This document shows, piece by piece, positions 1 to 11,500 of a stretch of DNA of 64,000 nucleotides; positions within the stretch are counted from its first letter, which is position 1; every line of letters starts with the position of its first letter. The notes below the pieces were generated by a model that worked only from the letters and a program-made list of their open reading frames with translations, was not told the origin of the DNA and ran no database searches. A program made the position numbers and the translations under genes. Location: the NCBI GenBank assembly GCA_030141605.1, contig JAQGDQ010002370.1:151167-215166 (forward strand). Direction: 5' to 3'. Origin of the DNA: Tubiluchus corallicola. Lineage: Eukaryota > Animalia > Priapulida.

Positions 1-1467
1 ACGCACTTTGAGTCTAATATTTTTTTAATTCTTTCCTACATAAGAATTAAAGGACAAGAGGAGCTTTGAGATGATGACTTTTTCAGTATATGAGCTATAT
101 GTTTTCTGTTTCCCTTCAGTCGACTGCACTATTTTTCTCTAGTGTAAAATTCTGCTGCCCTATTCATTAGCCTACAGACACGTATCAGTCCTGCTTCCCA
201 GTTCAAATTCTGTTATAATTATTTTTTATATAGTTGCGCTGGCAGTCTTGTACTCCTGTATTGTAAATGTTTTCCTTTAAAACATGGTAAAACGCAAAAT
301 CTGACCAACAATAAATTACAATTGTTATTTGTGCAATTTATGCTAACATTTTTTAAGCATTTGTTAGTGAAAATCAATAAATATTTCCGCTAAAATTTAC
401 AATTCTCCACACAAGAAATTAGTTCGTGAAGCGGATTAGGATAGGTTTAATGTATTTAAACTGCAAGGGGGTGGTAAACTCCTTCCAATATTTTAGTATA
501 TTTGTTAATTAAACGATTCCATCGTTAATTATGTAGTTTCAACAGCTGTTCACATTACCCATGCAGCAAATGATTAACATTAAGTACTTTACAAGATGTA
601 GCACTAGTTACATGGCTGACATCTGTGATGCATGGCTATATCTGTACCAATTTTTGTATTTTAGTTTAGTAGTTCATATCGTATATTAATGCTGTGAGTT
701 TAACTGCTAGACACTTTATATCTTGTTTGCAGTATAGCTCAATATAAGTTTTTTTGAAAGGCTCGCTTTCAGTAGCAATCAGACTAACATTGACTAACTC
801 TAAAGCCTAGACCAATGATTTTCCACATTGGATGGAATTATACTGTACTGATTATCTTAGCTGATCATAATGTCTGTTGGGTGCTGACGTTCTCCTTTCA
901 CGTCAAATCATTTCCGTGATATCGAGTTCACATGGGAAATTTCATGGGAAATACAGCAACTGAACATACTGCAGCGTATTTACAAAATTACAAACAGTAT
1001 GTGATTTGGAATTTTGCGAAATTCTAGAAAATTGTGACGAATGTTTTTGCTGTCCAAGGGGAAATTCAAGAACCTTGGAAGTTAAAAAGTATGAACTAGC
1101 AAAAATATTGCTTATAGCACCGGTTCTACCACATAAGTAATTTTTTATTCGATGATACCTATTAACTTTGCGAAACTATGAGATCTCTACCTAACTTAAT
1201 AATATTGACGCTATTGCACTTCATCGCGTATGGCAACCACACAAAAAGGGAGTAGAATAATTCAGTTCGTAGTTTCTAGCGTCGAAAGTGTATTGCGGAG
1301 GCAGCGATTGAGAACATATGTGGACGATATTATTTGCAATAGCGATTTTTTTACGTTAGGATCACAATTATAATAATTATTACTTTGCTGCTAAAATGGT
1401 TAAGTCAATGCTCATAGACTGCCTCAGTTTATCAGGCGCTGGACTCACATACATATATAAAACTTAC

Positions 1468-1663
1468 CTGTTACCTGGTCGCCCGGTTTATATGTCGATA
1501 CGGATGTCTCAATTGTGTATGGAGTCGGATCGTCACTTGGCTGCGCTCCATGTAAAGTAGCATCTGGGGTCATTTGCTCGCATTGTTCTACAGGTGCTCC
1601 GCTTGGATACGCGAAAATATCGCTCACTAACGCAAAAATGATTACCAGTAAAGTGGCTTTCAT
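1468..1663 (-). CDS. First coding exon of a secreted Reeler-domain protein (defense protein / ferric-chelate reductase-like N-terminus); the rest of the gene probably lies left of the window
   Basis: Signal peptide MKATLLVIIFALVSDIFA is followed by YPSGAPVEQCEQMTP..HG....PYTI......YKPGDQVT, the typical Reeler N-terminus. Phase-1 donor CAG|GTAAGT at 1468/1467. I recognised no second exon in 1-1467. Confidence 0.85.
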
Positions 1664-2289
1664 ACCGCTGATCGACGACTGTTTCGTTTCTTTTTAAACA
1701 GAAGTTTATTATTATTGACAGGTGGCTATTATGGCACCCACATATACTGCATAATATTTTATGAATTCTACCCAGTTGCTCTACTCCGCTAACTGACTGT
1801 TAAGACTTTATCTAGGTGGCGCGAGTATGCAGGAAAGCAAACTTGCATGTTTGGCAAAATTTAGATCCTAGAGTACCAATGCCGGCAAGGCTCTACTATA
1901 TAGAAATAATTTAAACATAGAGTCATGATTAAAAGACTAGCGATTGAAGCTATAAACTGCAGCGTTTAGTGGTACTTTGATGGAGTCTCGTTAGACAGAC
2001 AGTGCACTGAGATTTTTAAAGATTGTTGATTTAAAAAATTCTTTAAACAGAGAACGGTTGCTTTAATTGCACAGCTAGTATTGCAACAAATTTGATTCCT
2101 ACTTATTTTTTAAAGTTGTGAACTTGTTGCTATTAACTCGTAGTATTTTGCAACACCGTCTGTACAATTTTTATGAATAATTAGCCAAGCAAACCCAATG
2201 TTTCAACCAGTGCACGACCACTAGAGCTTTCATACTACCCATGATTTTATTTTGATTTTAGTTCATACGTAATTATGCGCGGTGCGAAA

Positions 2290-3100
2290 TGTTTGTGCAA
2301 CCTGGTAATATGATGATATGTAACATTGATGCTGATAACTTGATTGTGAGGCAGTTTGCACGCGAATTATCTAATTTAAGATGGACTTACTACTCGGAAA
2401 ACTGCGATAGCGACGGTACAGAGTTGCGAGGTGCGAGAAGCCTAAACGATGTAATTTTAAATTGTACGAAGATGAACTCATTTCTTACGTAGAAGTTGAT
2501 GTAGTGCAGTTATGGAATGTACGTAGTGAGAATGAAGTTGAGGCTCTAATTTGCGATATTGAACACATTTTGCGAGAGACTGCAAAAACTAGTAAAATCA
2601 ATAACCAACAAGTCGCTAATGATCGACCTGCTGCTGAATATGTCGGTAGGCAGTTAAATGTTTTCCTTAAATATGTCGCGATACGTTAAATCGGCAATGT
2701 CATTTAGAGGCAGAGAACTTATCAAAGATTTTAGTAATTTGCAACGCGAACTTAAGTCAGCCCAACTTCCCCAGTTGCAAATCGTACAAATCAATGCAAA
2801 GAATCATATGTTGATCAGATTCATTATTTTAATTGCACAGAAACTTGAAATTAAACTTTTTGCCATCATAGACCTTGAAAAGGCTTTCGATAAAGTGCTT
2901 AGAAGCACCTTGCAAATGTATTGGTAAAACTAGGTATCAATCAAATTATATATACTACGAAGCCGTTATGCATATTTCACATTTGCTATGTATTTCACTT
3001 CAATGGACAATATTCTTTGATAATTTTCAAATATTCTCTGGTATTCGGCAAGATGCACGCCATCAGTTTTACTTTTTAATGTTTTCTTTGATGACCTGTC
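2290..3100 (+). mobile_element. Decayed non-LTR retrotransposon (LINE) ORF2 fragment
   Basis: Broken frames give RT motifs KLFAIIDLEKAFDKV (~2850-2900) and SGIRQ..PS.LLFNVFFDDL (~3037-3098) with frameshifts and stops. The left boundary is uncertain. Confidence 0.7.
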
Positions 3101-4639
3101 AGGTTATTGGTTCATGAACATGTTTATATATATGTGTGTGTATAAGTTTATTGTAGAAGTTTGACCGTCGCCCGATTGACCATTTTGTGGAATTACTTCT
3201 AATGATTTTTTTCTAAATTGCTGTCCGACATAGTCCTTTGTTTCTGAAAGCACATTGAAATTATATTTTTGAAAACAAATTAACAAGTATCTGAACAGCA
3301 AAAACAACAACAACAGCAGCGGTGGCAGCAGCAGCAACCCTTATTCGTGAATAATATGTTATTGGCTGTTAATGCTCTTATATGCAATGATAATAGCACG
3401 GATGGAGGCCCACACACGAGCAGTATCTTGTCAAGTTTAGATGAAAAGTGTGCCTTGCATGCGCGCTGTGCCCCGCGGGAAGAAAAAACTCACAATGGTG
3501 TAATTGCCGAAAATGTCACTTAACTAGAGGAAGTTCATGTGCAAGGAATTTCTTTGTCTTCGACTCGGGAAAAATGTTCACAAAAAGGTCTGGTTTCTGA
3601 ACGGCTCAAGTTTAGGCCTCCCACGCATTGACGGCTTAGGGACATTCCAACCGTGTTTACCTCCTGATTTCATAGCCGAGCCCTGTGCCAACCTCAACAT
3701 TAACAGCTGCTTTAGCTTGGGTAGAATTACGTGATATTTTTTCATTGGTGCAAACAAATGGGATAACATTTGCATCAAACCTCCAAGATTTAAAACAGTG
3801 AAAAGATTTGCTTTAGTCGATTTCTTGGAAATGATAAAGTGCTTCCATTTTTATTTTTCTGGTATTTGCTTCGAGATGCAAAAACAATTCAAAACAAGGA
3901 TTTGTCCTGCTTTTGTTATATGTTGATTGTGATAACTGATAAGTGATCTTTCTGAGAAATGTGATGACTGCGCTCACCGGCCGTTAATTGAAACAAAAAA
4001 CGCTTGTCATAAACAAAGCTTAAGAAATTGTCTTAAAACTTTATATCACTTATACGCTGTCTTATTACATACAGGGCGTGCGTTTGCATTAACGCTGCAT
4101 AAAACTAGTAAATTTAAAACTCCCGCGATTACCACTAACACAGCCAATTTAACTTTGTCAATTGAAACAAGTTTGTATAACACTGTGTAAAGGTTGAGAA
4201 AAATAATCACAGCATTCGTAGCGCAAACTTCGCTAACTAAGCAACGGTGTAAATCACTTTACGATGTCAATAAGATCAATAGTGTGTTTTTTGGTGAATC
4301 AGTGGTGCACATTTGGATGGCAATGCAATGCCGTTTTACGAGGTGTTGCGATGACAATATAAACTATTCAGAATTTTCTTTTTCAATTACGTAAGTCTTT
4401 CTAGTAGGTGGGCGTATTGTAACTTTGTATGGAAAGTTCTTTGGGATGTACTTTAAAATTCTCCCTCTCTTTAGGTTACTAAGCTAGCACTAATTATTGG
4501 GAACATTTTAGTAATTACTACTATTAACAAAGTGTATATTTTAGAATTTTAGTGTATATTTCAAAATGGGTTGGGATTTGAGAAATCGTTCTGTTTTCTT
4601 TTCTAACTAAAGAACATAAATACACGGTTTTTAGATAAC

Positions 4640-5210
4640 TGTCAGACATTCTGGCCGCAGAATGCCAACGAAGATGAGCGGATTTTAGAAAAATAAAAAA
4701 AAACTTGAACAAATCAAATGAAAAACAGGAGGTCAGTTGAAGAAGAAACAGAAGAATAATGAGATCAACGCGAAGGGGTATCGCTTATAAAAATGAAATA
4801 TTTTGGATGCACAATATGAGTGCCTAAAAATTAAAATCTGATAAACTCTTTTGTCTGCACACTCGAGAATTGTTAACCTATTTCAAAATCGTCGTTTGAA
4901 AATAAAAATCCGATAAAAAAAATCAATCTACATTTAATTAAACTGCGTACTTTTCTGTCAATTCACAAATGTGGACTGTAAAAGTTGCTCAAAAAAGTAG
5001 TTGATGCTTTCCAGGGCGCTTATAAATTATGAAAATATGGTCAAACAAAATTTTAAATGACCTGCATAATAACATCAAAAGTGGAAAACAATGTTGTCCT
5101 TGGGAGATGCTAGTCAAAGTGGATTGGTCGTGTTCTGAGAATGTCAAATGACGTTCCAGTTGTTAAAGTTTCGCATGAAGCTCTAAACTAGCAAAAAAGA
5201 TACACATAAA
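4640..5210 (+). mobile_element. Highly decayed 3' part of a LINE ORF2 (RTE-like)
   Basis: Frame-hopping translation gives MKYFG, NRRLKIKIR, QMWT, VDAFQ, IWSNKILN and KWIGRVLRMSND...HEAL, in the order seen in RTE-clade ORF2 C-termini. Confidence 0.55.
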
Positions 5211-5845
5211 AGCTATGATAAAATAAAAGTGCACACATTACTTTCTCTTTATAAAAATAATAGTATTGTAAATTTAATTATAATAATAATCACCTTCATT
5301 TAAGCACAAACGAGCATTTTGCACTACTGAACCTAGTTAAGGTTCAGCAAATATACATTTTATGCATGTAACTGACGCAAACATTGGTATGCTATTCTGC
5401 ATATGACTTAGATGCATAAACACTTAATTTAATACAAAATAAGAGGTGAAATAGTTTGCAAAATGATTGACTTAGTACAAAGTGTGAAATTTTAGGCATA
5501 GGCTATCTTACAAGATATTTGATAAATGCCTACTGCAGTACGCCCATGATGCAAATGTAATTGTGTGCATAAGCACTGTCAATCGTCTTTCGTAAACGCG
5601 CAAAAAGGCACTACTTGTTTTTAGCAAAAACGAAACCAAAAACGATCCGTTATCGTAATGTTTGGTGAGCTGATGTGGTTTTAGTTACCGACCTAATGGA
5701 TTTCTGAATGTCGCGATAATCGAAAAAATAGAAGGTTTATAAAATATCCGTATAGGAGTACTTTACTGCTCTGTGCTGCTGTGACTGAAGAACTCTAACA
5801 ATCCGGAAAATTGACTCGTTTTCTGCACCCAGGCCTGCAAGGAAC

Positions 5846-5863
5846 TGTGTGTGTGTGTGTGTG
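5846..5863. repeat. (TG)9 microsatellite
   Basis: Read directly. Confidence 0.9.
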
Positions 5864-8094
5864 AAAATGCTAAATTAATTTGGCATGAAAGTCTTTGTCA
5901 ATGAAGATAAACAAGACGGGCGAATAAGAACAATGTGAAGAATGTACTGTTTGGCATTTGCTGTGGGGAAATGAACTTCACGCTCAAATGGGTGAAAAAG
6001 TGAGTTCCTTCAGTGCACAAATTTTAATAAAAATTTTGTTCACCCGTTACAGAATTGTTACCAAAAGTTCTGGAGAATAGCTGGCGATTTTAGGCTTGCA
6101 CTAACCAAAATAGGGACCGTTTCACATTTTTCTTCTGAAAATTAATTTACAAAGTTACGTCTATTTCTGAATCCTTTATACTTATACAGATAGTTTCGGA
6201 CTTTCCCTTAGCAAGTTTAATGACTTTCGTCACTATGATTTCTTGAAACTGAATTGTTACGATCCATTCTCTGAACGTTTTATGTAGAAGTTTACTGAAA
6301 TATCATTACCAACATCGACTGGCTCACCATGCAGAAAACGGCGTATTCGAATACATTCACGTTATGCCAGCTTGAAACTCATGTAGCGAAAAGTTAGCTA
6401 AACGAATTCACGATACAAATCTACGTAAAACTGAGGTACAACTGTATAGTACTAAAAGCAACATTATGATCTTACGTCAAGACAACTAAACAAATTAAAC
6501 AAATCAATAACATTATAGCAACGAATATAACAATTACCTACATAATACGTTATGATATAAATAGATATAGATACACGTACAAAAAATGTCATGGAACATT
6601 GAAGTTGTATATAGCTAATGCCTGCATTTTGTACCGGGAATTTCTCATAAGTAAAAATTCTATACACTTTTGATATTTGCAGCAAATTAATATATAAATT
6701 TTTTATCTATATATTAAATAAACCACAAATTTTTTACGCATTTTTGTGCTCTTAAGAACAACACAATTATTTGTGCAAATAAAAGGCAAATTTACAGTGC
6801 AACATGTTAAGTGATTGTGAGAACAAGTGAAAAACCTATGTAGCGAACAGGAGAAATACTACAACTTAATATTTAGTTCGGTGTGCATCTCTGCATAACA
6901 CTGTAATATACTATAATAATAAGCGCGTAGTTATTATGAAATATCTTTTGATTTAATTTCAGAAAGCCCCCCATTACTATCTATGGAGACTTTAGGTTTT
7001 TCACTGCAAAGTGAGAAGATGCTAAGTTGCAAGATAATCCAAATACTACATCCACGGGTTTGACAGACGCCCACACAGAAATAATTATTTAAAACTGTGA
7101 ATTTGTGACGCACTCTTTTCACTTACTTTAGTTGTCAGCTTAAAGTTTGAAAGTTCATAATCATACATGCTGAAGAACATAATACAATTTATCATCATTC
7201 ATTCAAATAGAAATTTAAATAATAAATAATAACTATAATCACATGGTAAACGTTACATGTTCTAGCAGAAAAGTCGTGTGAGACCTCGAGGTTACTTACA
7301 ACTTGTAAGTAAATGCGGTGATGAAAACGTGATGTAAATTTCGGTTGAATACCAGTAATTAAAAACCGATTTACAGTGTTTGAAATACTGAGAAATACCG
7401 CATAGAAATCATAATAATGTGCGATTGCTAGATTTTTGCATACAGATGAAATTTTTGGTAAATTGTTTAAGTAGACCACTATATTTTTTCGGGCTGCTAC
7501 AGGTCCACAGACCAAGAGTTAAGAAGAATATTCCATTATTTTCTTGTATGAAAGTAAATGGTCACTATCAAAACACAATTGTTATGGGAATTACAGACTT
7601 CATATAAATTATAATTTGACAGCGTTCCTGTTTTCTGTTTCGTGGTTGAGAAGTTTCACACAGAAATAAATTCTCACAACTATCAGTTTTTGGCAAAACA
7701 ATTTCAAAAAGTTTGTAAAATCGCTCGAATTTTGGCGCGGGAATAAATTAATAACTGCTTTTTAGCACATTTACATATTACAAATACATGTATATCTCAC
7801 TTTGGCGCAATGGCAAGACAAAAGACATTCATTCTGGATTTATCCTGCTTAATTAAATAAAAGTTCTGTATAGCTGATTACAACAAATGCTTTTAACTTA
7901 TGCTGCTAAAGTATATGCGTATACTGTAAAATTGCGACTTCAGTAGAGCCTAGTAACAGTACTTTCTTAGTGTTTTACACTTATTGAACTTTGCTGCAGC
8001 ATACTACTACACTTTTTCGTGTGATGCTCAATTTGTCATGTAAACACAAAGTTAGAAAGAGGCCTAGAAATACTTAGTCTTTAGCTTAGTTTAC

Positions 8095-8574
8095 TTTGGC
8101 ATATGAATATCAGAATGACATTTTTGATATGTGATACACTTACAGTTAAACGGGCAAAAATCATGTAATTATAATGTGGAACGGTTAAGTTAAGTAGCAC
8201 GCAATGTACTAGCAAAAATCAGCAACTGTTAGACGCTGTGCAACATTTCTATGTGGTAGCGACCAGTGACTGTAAATTGATCGCTGTCACTTTGCTATAC
8301 TAGTTTGGCATGTGAATATCTGAATGTCATGTTATTTTTTTATATGTCAGTGACATAGCACTGTTACACTTATAGTTAAAGAAGTGGCAATTCAGTTTAT
8401 TACAGAAACAAAAAATCACAATTGTAGTATGGAACGGTTAAATTAAATTGTATGCCACGTACTAGTAACCATCAGTAACTGTTACACGCTGTCCAACATT
8501 TCTATGTAGTGATTGTAAAGGGCTATATGTACACACTACGCGGTCAGTTACTGTCAGTTGCTGTCGCTTTCGCT
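8095..8574. repeat. Degenerate tandem duplication (8095-8296 and 8304-8574) in the CBFB 3' region
   Basis: Shared blocks in the same order in both copies: tttggcat.tgaatatc.gaatg.cat; tacactta.agttaaa; tggaacggttaa.ttaa; atcag.aactgtta.acgctgt.caacatttctatgt. Confidence 0.85.
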
Positions 8575-11500
8575 GCCTTCCAGTTCCATTTTTCTTATGT
8601 CTGATTCGGGAACTGTTAACTGAAAAAAAGATAAAATAACTTTGTAAAATGTAATGCACAAGACGCAAACGTTGTGTGTTTATTCGAAATTAAGTAACGT
8701 CTTAATCTCTACCGTTTACATGGAACGTAGAGTAAGGATATACATGTATTAGGCCACTCCTTCACTACCTACACAAGGGCAACAGTTTACTTTTTGAAGT
8801 CTGAGTCACTGACTTTCTAGCAAAAGAGTATCTCATTTCCTCCCAGACGGACACTGCATCGTGGTGACTCAGAGTTAGACGCTCCTCTAATGTATGGGCA
8901 GTGGGCACCAATCCCAGTTTATTTCAGGTTGCAAATGTCATTCTCTGGCCTCTGCTTCGACTATGATGACTTTTTGCTCATACTATATTATAAACTTGTC
9001 ACAGGAAAACATTTTGTAAAAGTAAGTAAAGGTTTAGAGAAATCTGAAAGTTTAAGCAGCCATTGGGTTGAGCATATATCTACAGTTAAATGCGAAATCC
9101 GATACACAATTCGTTCTGAACTGTTTAAAAAACATCAGATTCGATAGAGGTGCACCTCACATAACGGAGTTCAGAAAGTAACGCACCACTGGTCAGGAAT
9201 ATAAACAGCCAGAGCAATATGGTAGGCAAAACGTCCCAGAAACATATTTCTCGGCTGCCACCCATTCGTTAACCAAGCTCGGCATTGTTTAACTTCATTC
9301 GCTATATGCGCATATCGTAGTTACTCAACTTTTCACCTCCAAATAATGTCAAAATACAAATAGGCAGTAGCTTAATTTGCTGAAACATTGAAACTTACTA
9401 ATTTTTGTTCTTCTTTATAAGTTCTATGTCGTTCTTCAAACTCTCGTAAACGTCTGTTGTATTGTTCTACTTGTTCCTGTAATATCACGTCTTCATTCTG
9501 AAAAGGAAGTGTAGTCACTATAGTAGTAATGCATTTAATCAATTTTGTTTTCATACTAAATTTGTGTTTTGGTTGGGCTATACTGACATTATACTTGTGT
9601 GTTTACAATTTTTGCAATTACCAAAAAATTGATGTATACTTTGTTTGCCTATAAATTCATGCTCACGCGCTTTTATCACAATTCCCATATTTAAAAAAAT
9701 CGTAAATTTTTACTCGCGAGTCAAGTTTGAGACATTTCTATTGATTGGATGGTAATACGTTTTACAGTGTATTTCATAAATATTATAACTCCGCAACACT
9801 GTTAATTGAATAGTGGCTTGTGAATGGTAACCAAAACACAACCGTCACACCGCGGTATAACAATGGATTACTTCTAAGGTACCGGCACGCGCACTTTGTT
9901 TAATTAGTTTAAATCGTATTCATTTTCGTTGTTAGCAACGAGCTGGTGACAACCCCAGATACAAAGGTCTCTTATATAATTCAGCCGATTTCAAATGAAT
10001 ACCTGTAATTTGATGATCTAATCGCAAGCGAAGCTAACCATTATATCGCAGATGGCTGTATCGTTTTTAGCACACCTGTTGAATTTTGACTAAGATGAAT
10101 TGATCAAAATAATGATAACGAAAGTCAAATAAGTAATGACGTTATGCAAAATAAAGAGCGTTTAATTGTTATACAGTAATTATCGCAGCTAAATATGTTG
10201 AACTGTGATATAAGATGAACCATTGAAACTTCCTCAGCTCTATATTCACCTATTATCACCTCTCTGTTTGTATTTTCTTGAAGTGTTATTAAACAGATGG
10301 ACATTATTAAACGGAGGTCGACATTTCGCATATATAACAAAGAAAGGTTCGGTAAAGGTTGTAACAAATGCAATGAAAATTAAAGGAAAAATGAAAATGA
10401 TTAATTCATGACATTTATGTATAGGCCTATGTGATATATAAAAAGTAATAAACAAATTTTTATGTGTATTTAAAAAGTTCACAAATTTCCTTAACGACAA
10501 AAACTCGTTTATGCTGAACCAGCTACAACGTTTAATGATGGATGTTGTAAAAGCTTTTACATCTAAAAATATCGTTACCTAATAAATAATTCTAGAGAAG
10601 TCTAGCTAGCTATAGAACATCAGCTGACGTATTTGATTTAGAATATGAAAATTGCTTTATGGGCGGCTTTCATCAGTGACACTCTCTGAACCATGTAATA
10701 GTAGATTTAGTTTTACGCTTAATGAATAAATACGACACAGTTTATAATAAGCTTTCGGGACTTACTCGCGCTCGTTCTTCGTCTAGTTCAAGCCATCCTA
10801 TACCGTCTAATCGTTGTGAGTCTATCCATCCTCGCCAGCGTACGCACACACCATCCAAAATAAAATGTGATAAGATGTGTACCTAGAATAAAGAAAATGA
10901 AAAATTTTGAATAATTAAAATGCATCCTTTAATATTCATTTTCCTAATCTAAACCATGCAACTAACGAGCACCTATTTAGCTGAAACTATAGGGTATCCT
11001 CGGAAACAGATCTTTCTTTTTTTAAAAAAAGTACAAAAAATATCAAGCGTTCGAAACACAGAGTTCGTAAACAAGGACTGCATCGGGGACATCAGATGGC
11101 GAGTTGATCTTCTGCGACACGGTATGGGGCGGTATAAAAACGCATAGTTGGTCAAATGACCAACATCGAGATTTTGCCATACATCTACAGTGTAACAGAA
11201 ATAAAATATAGTTTTATTTTGCTCCAGTTTGGAAAATGTCTTAAGAGTAACTTAGCACATATACGTTGTTGGTAACGTTTCTTCATCGCGTATTGAACAA
11301 AAAAAGCAACGTTCGGGTGTATGTATATGGGTTTAGCTGATACTGTTTCGTGATGCCGTGAAGATAAAAAAGGGCTACACCTGGTATTATGCGACAATTT
11401 TGCATTGATTTCCCGTTACTTAACACTTATTTTTTCCGCTCAAGTTTCTGTGCAGAATAAGAAATGAAAAATGCCAGTAATCATAACAAGGTATTGTAAG

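Noticed and set aside
3400-3830. Short ORFs 3537-3734 (+) and 3578-3778 (-)
   Set aside because: No recognisable motif or exon boundaries.
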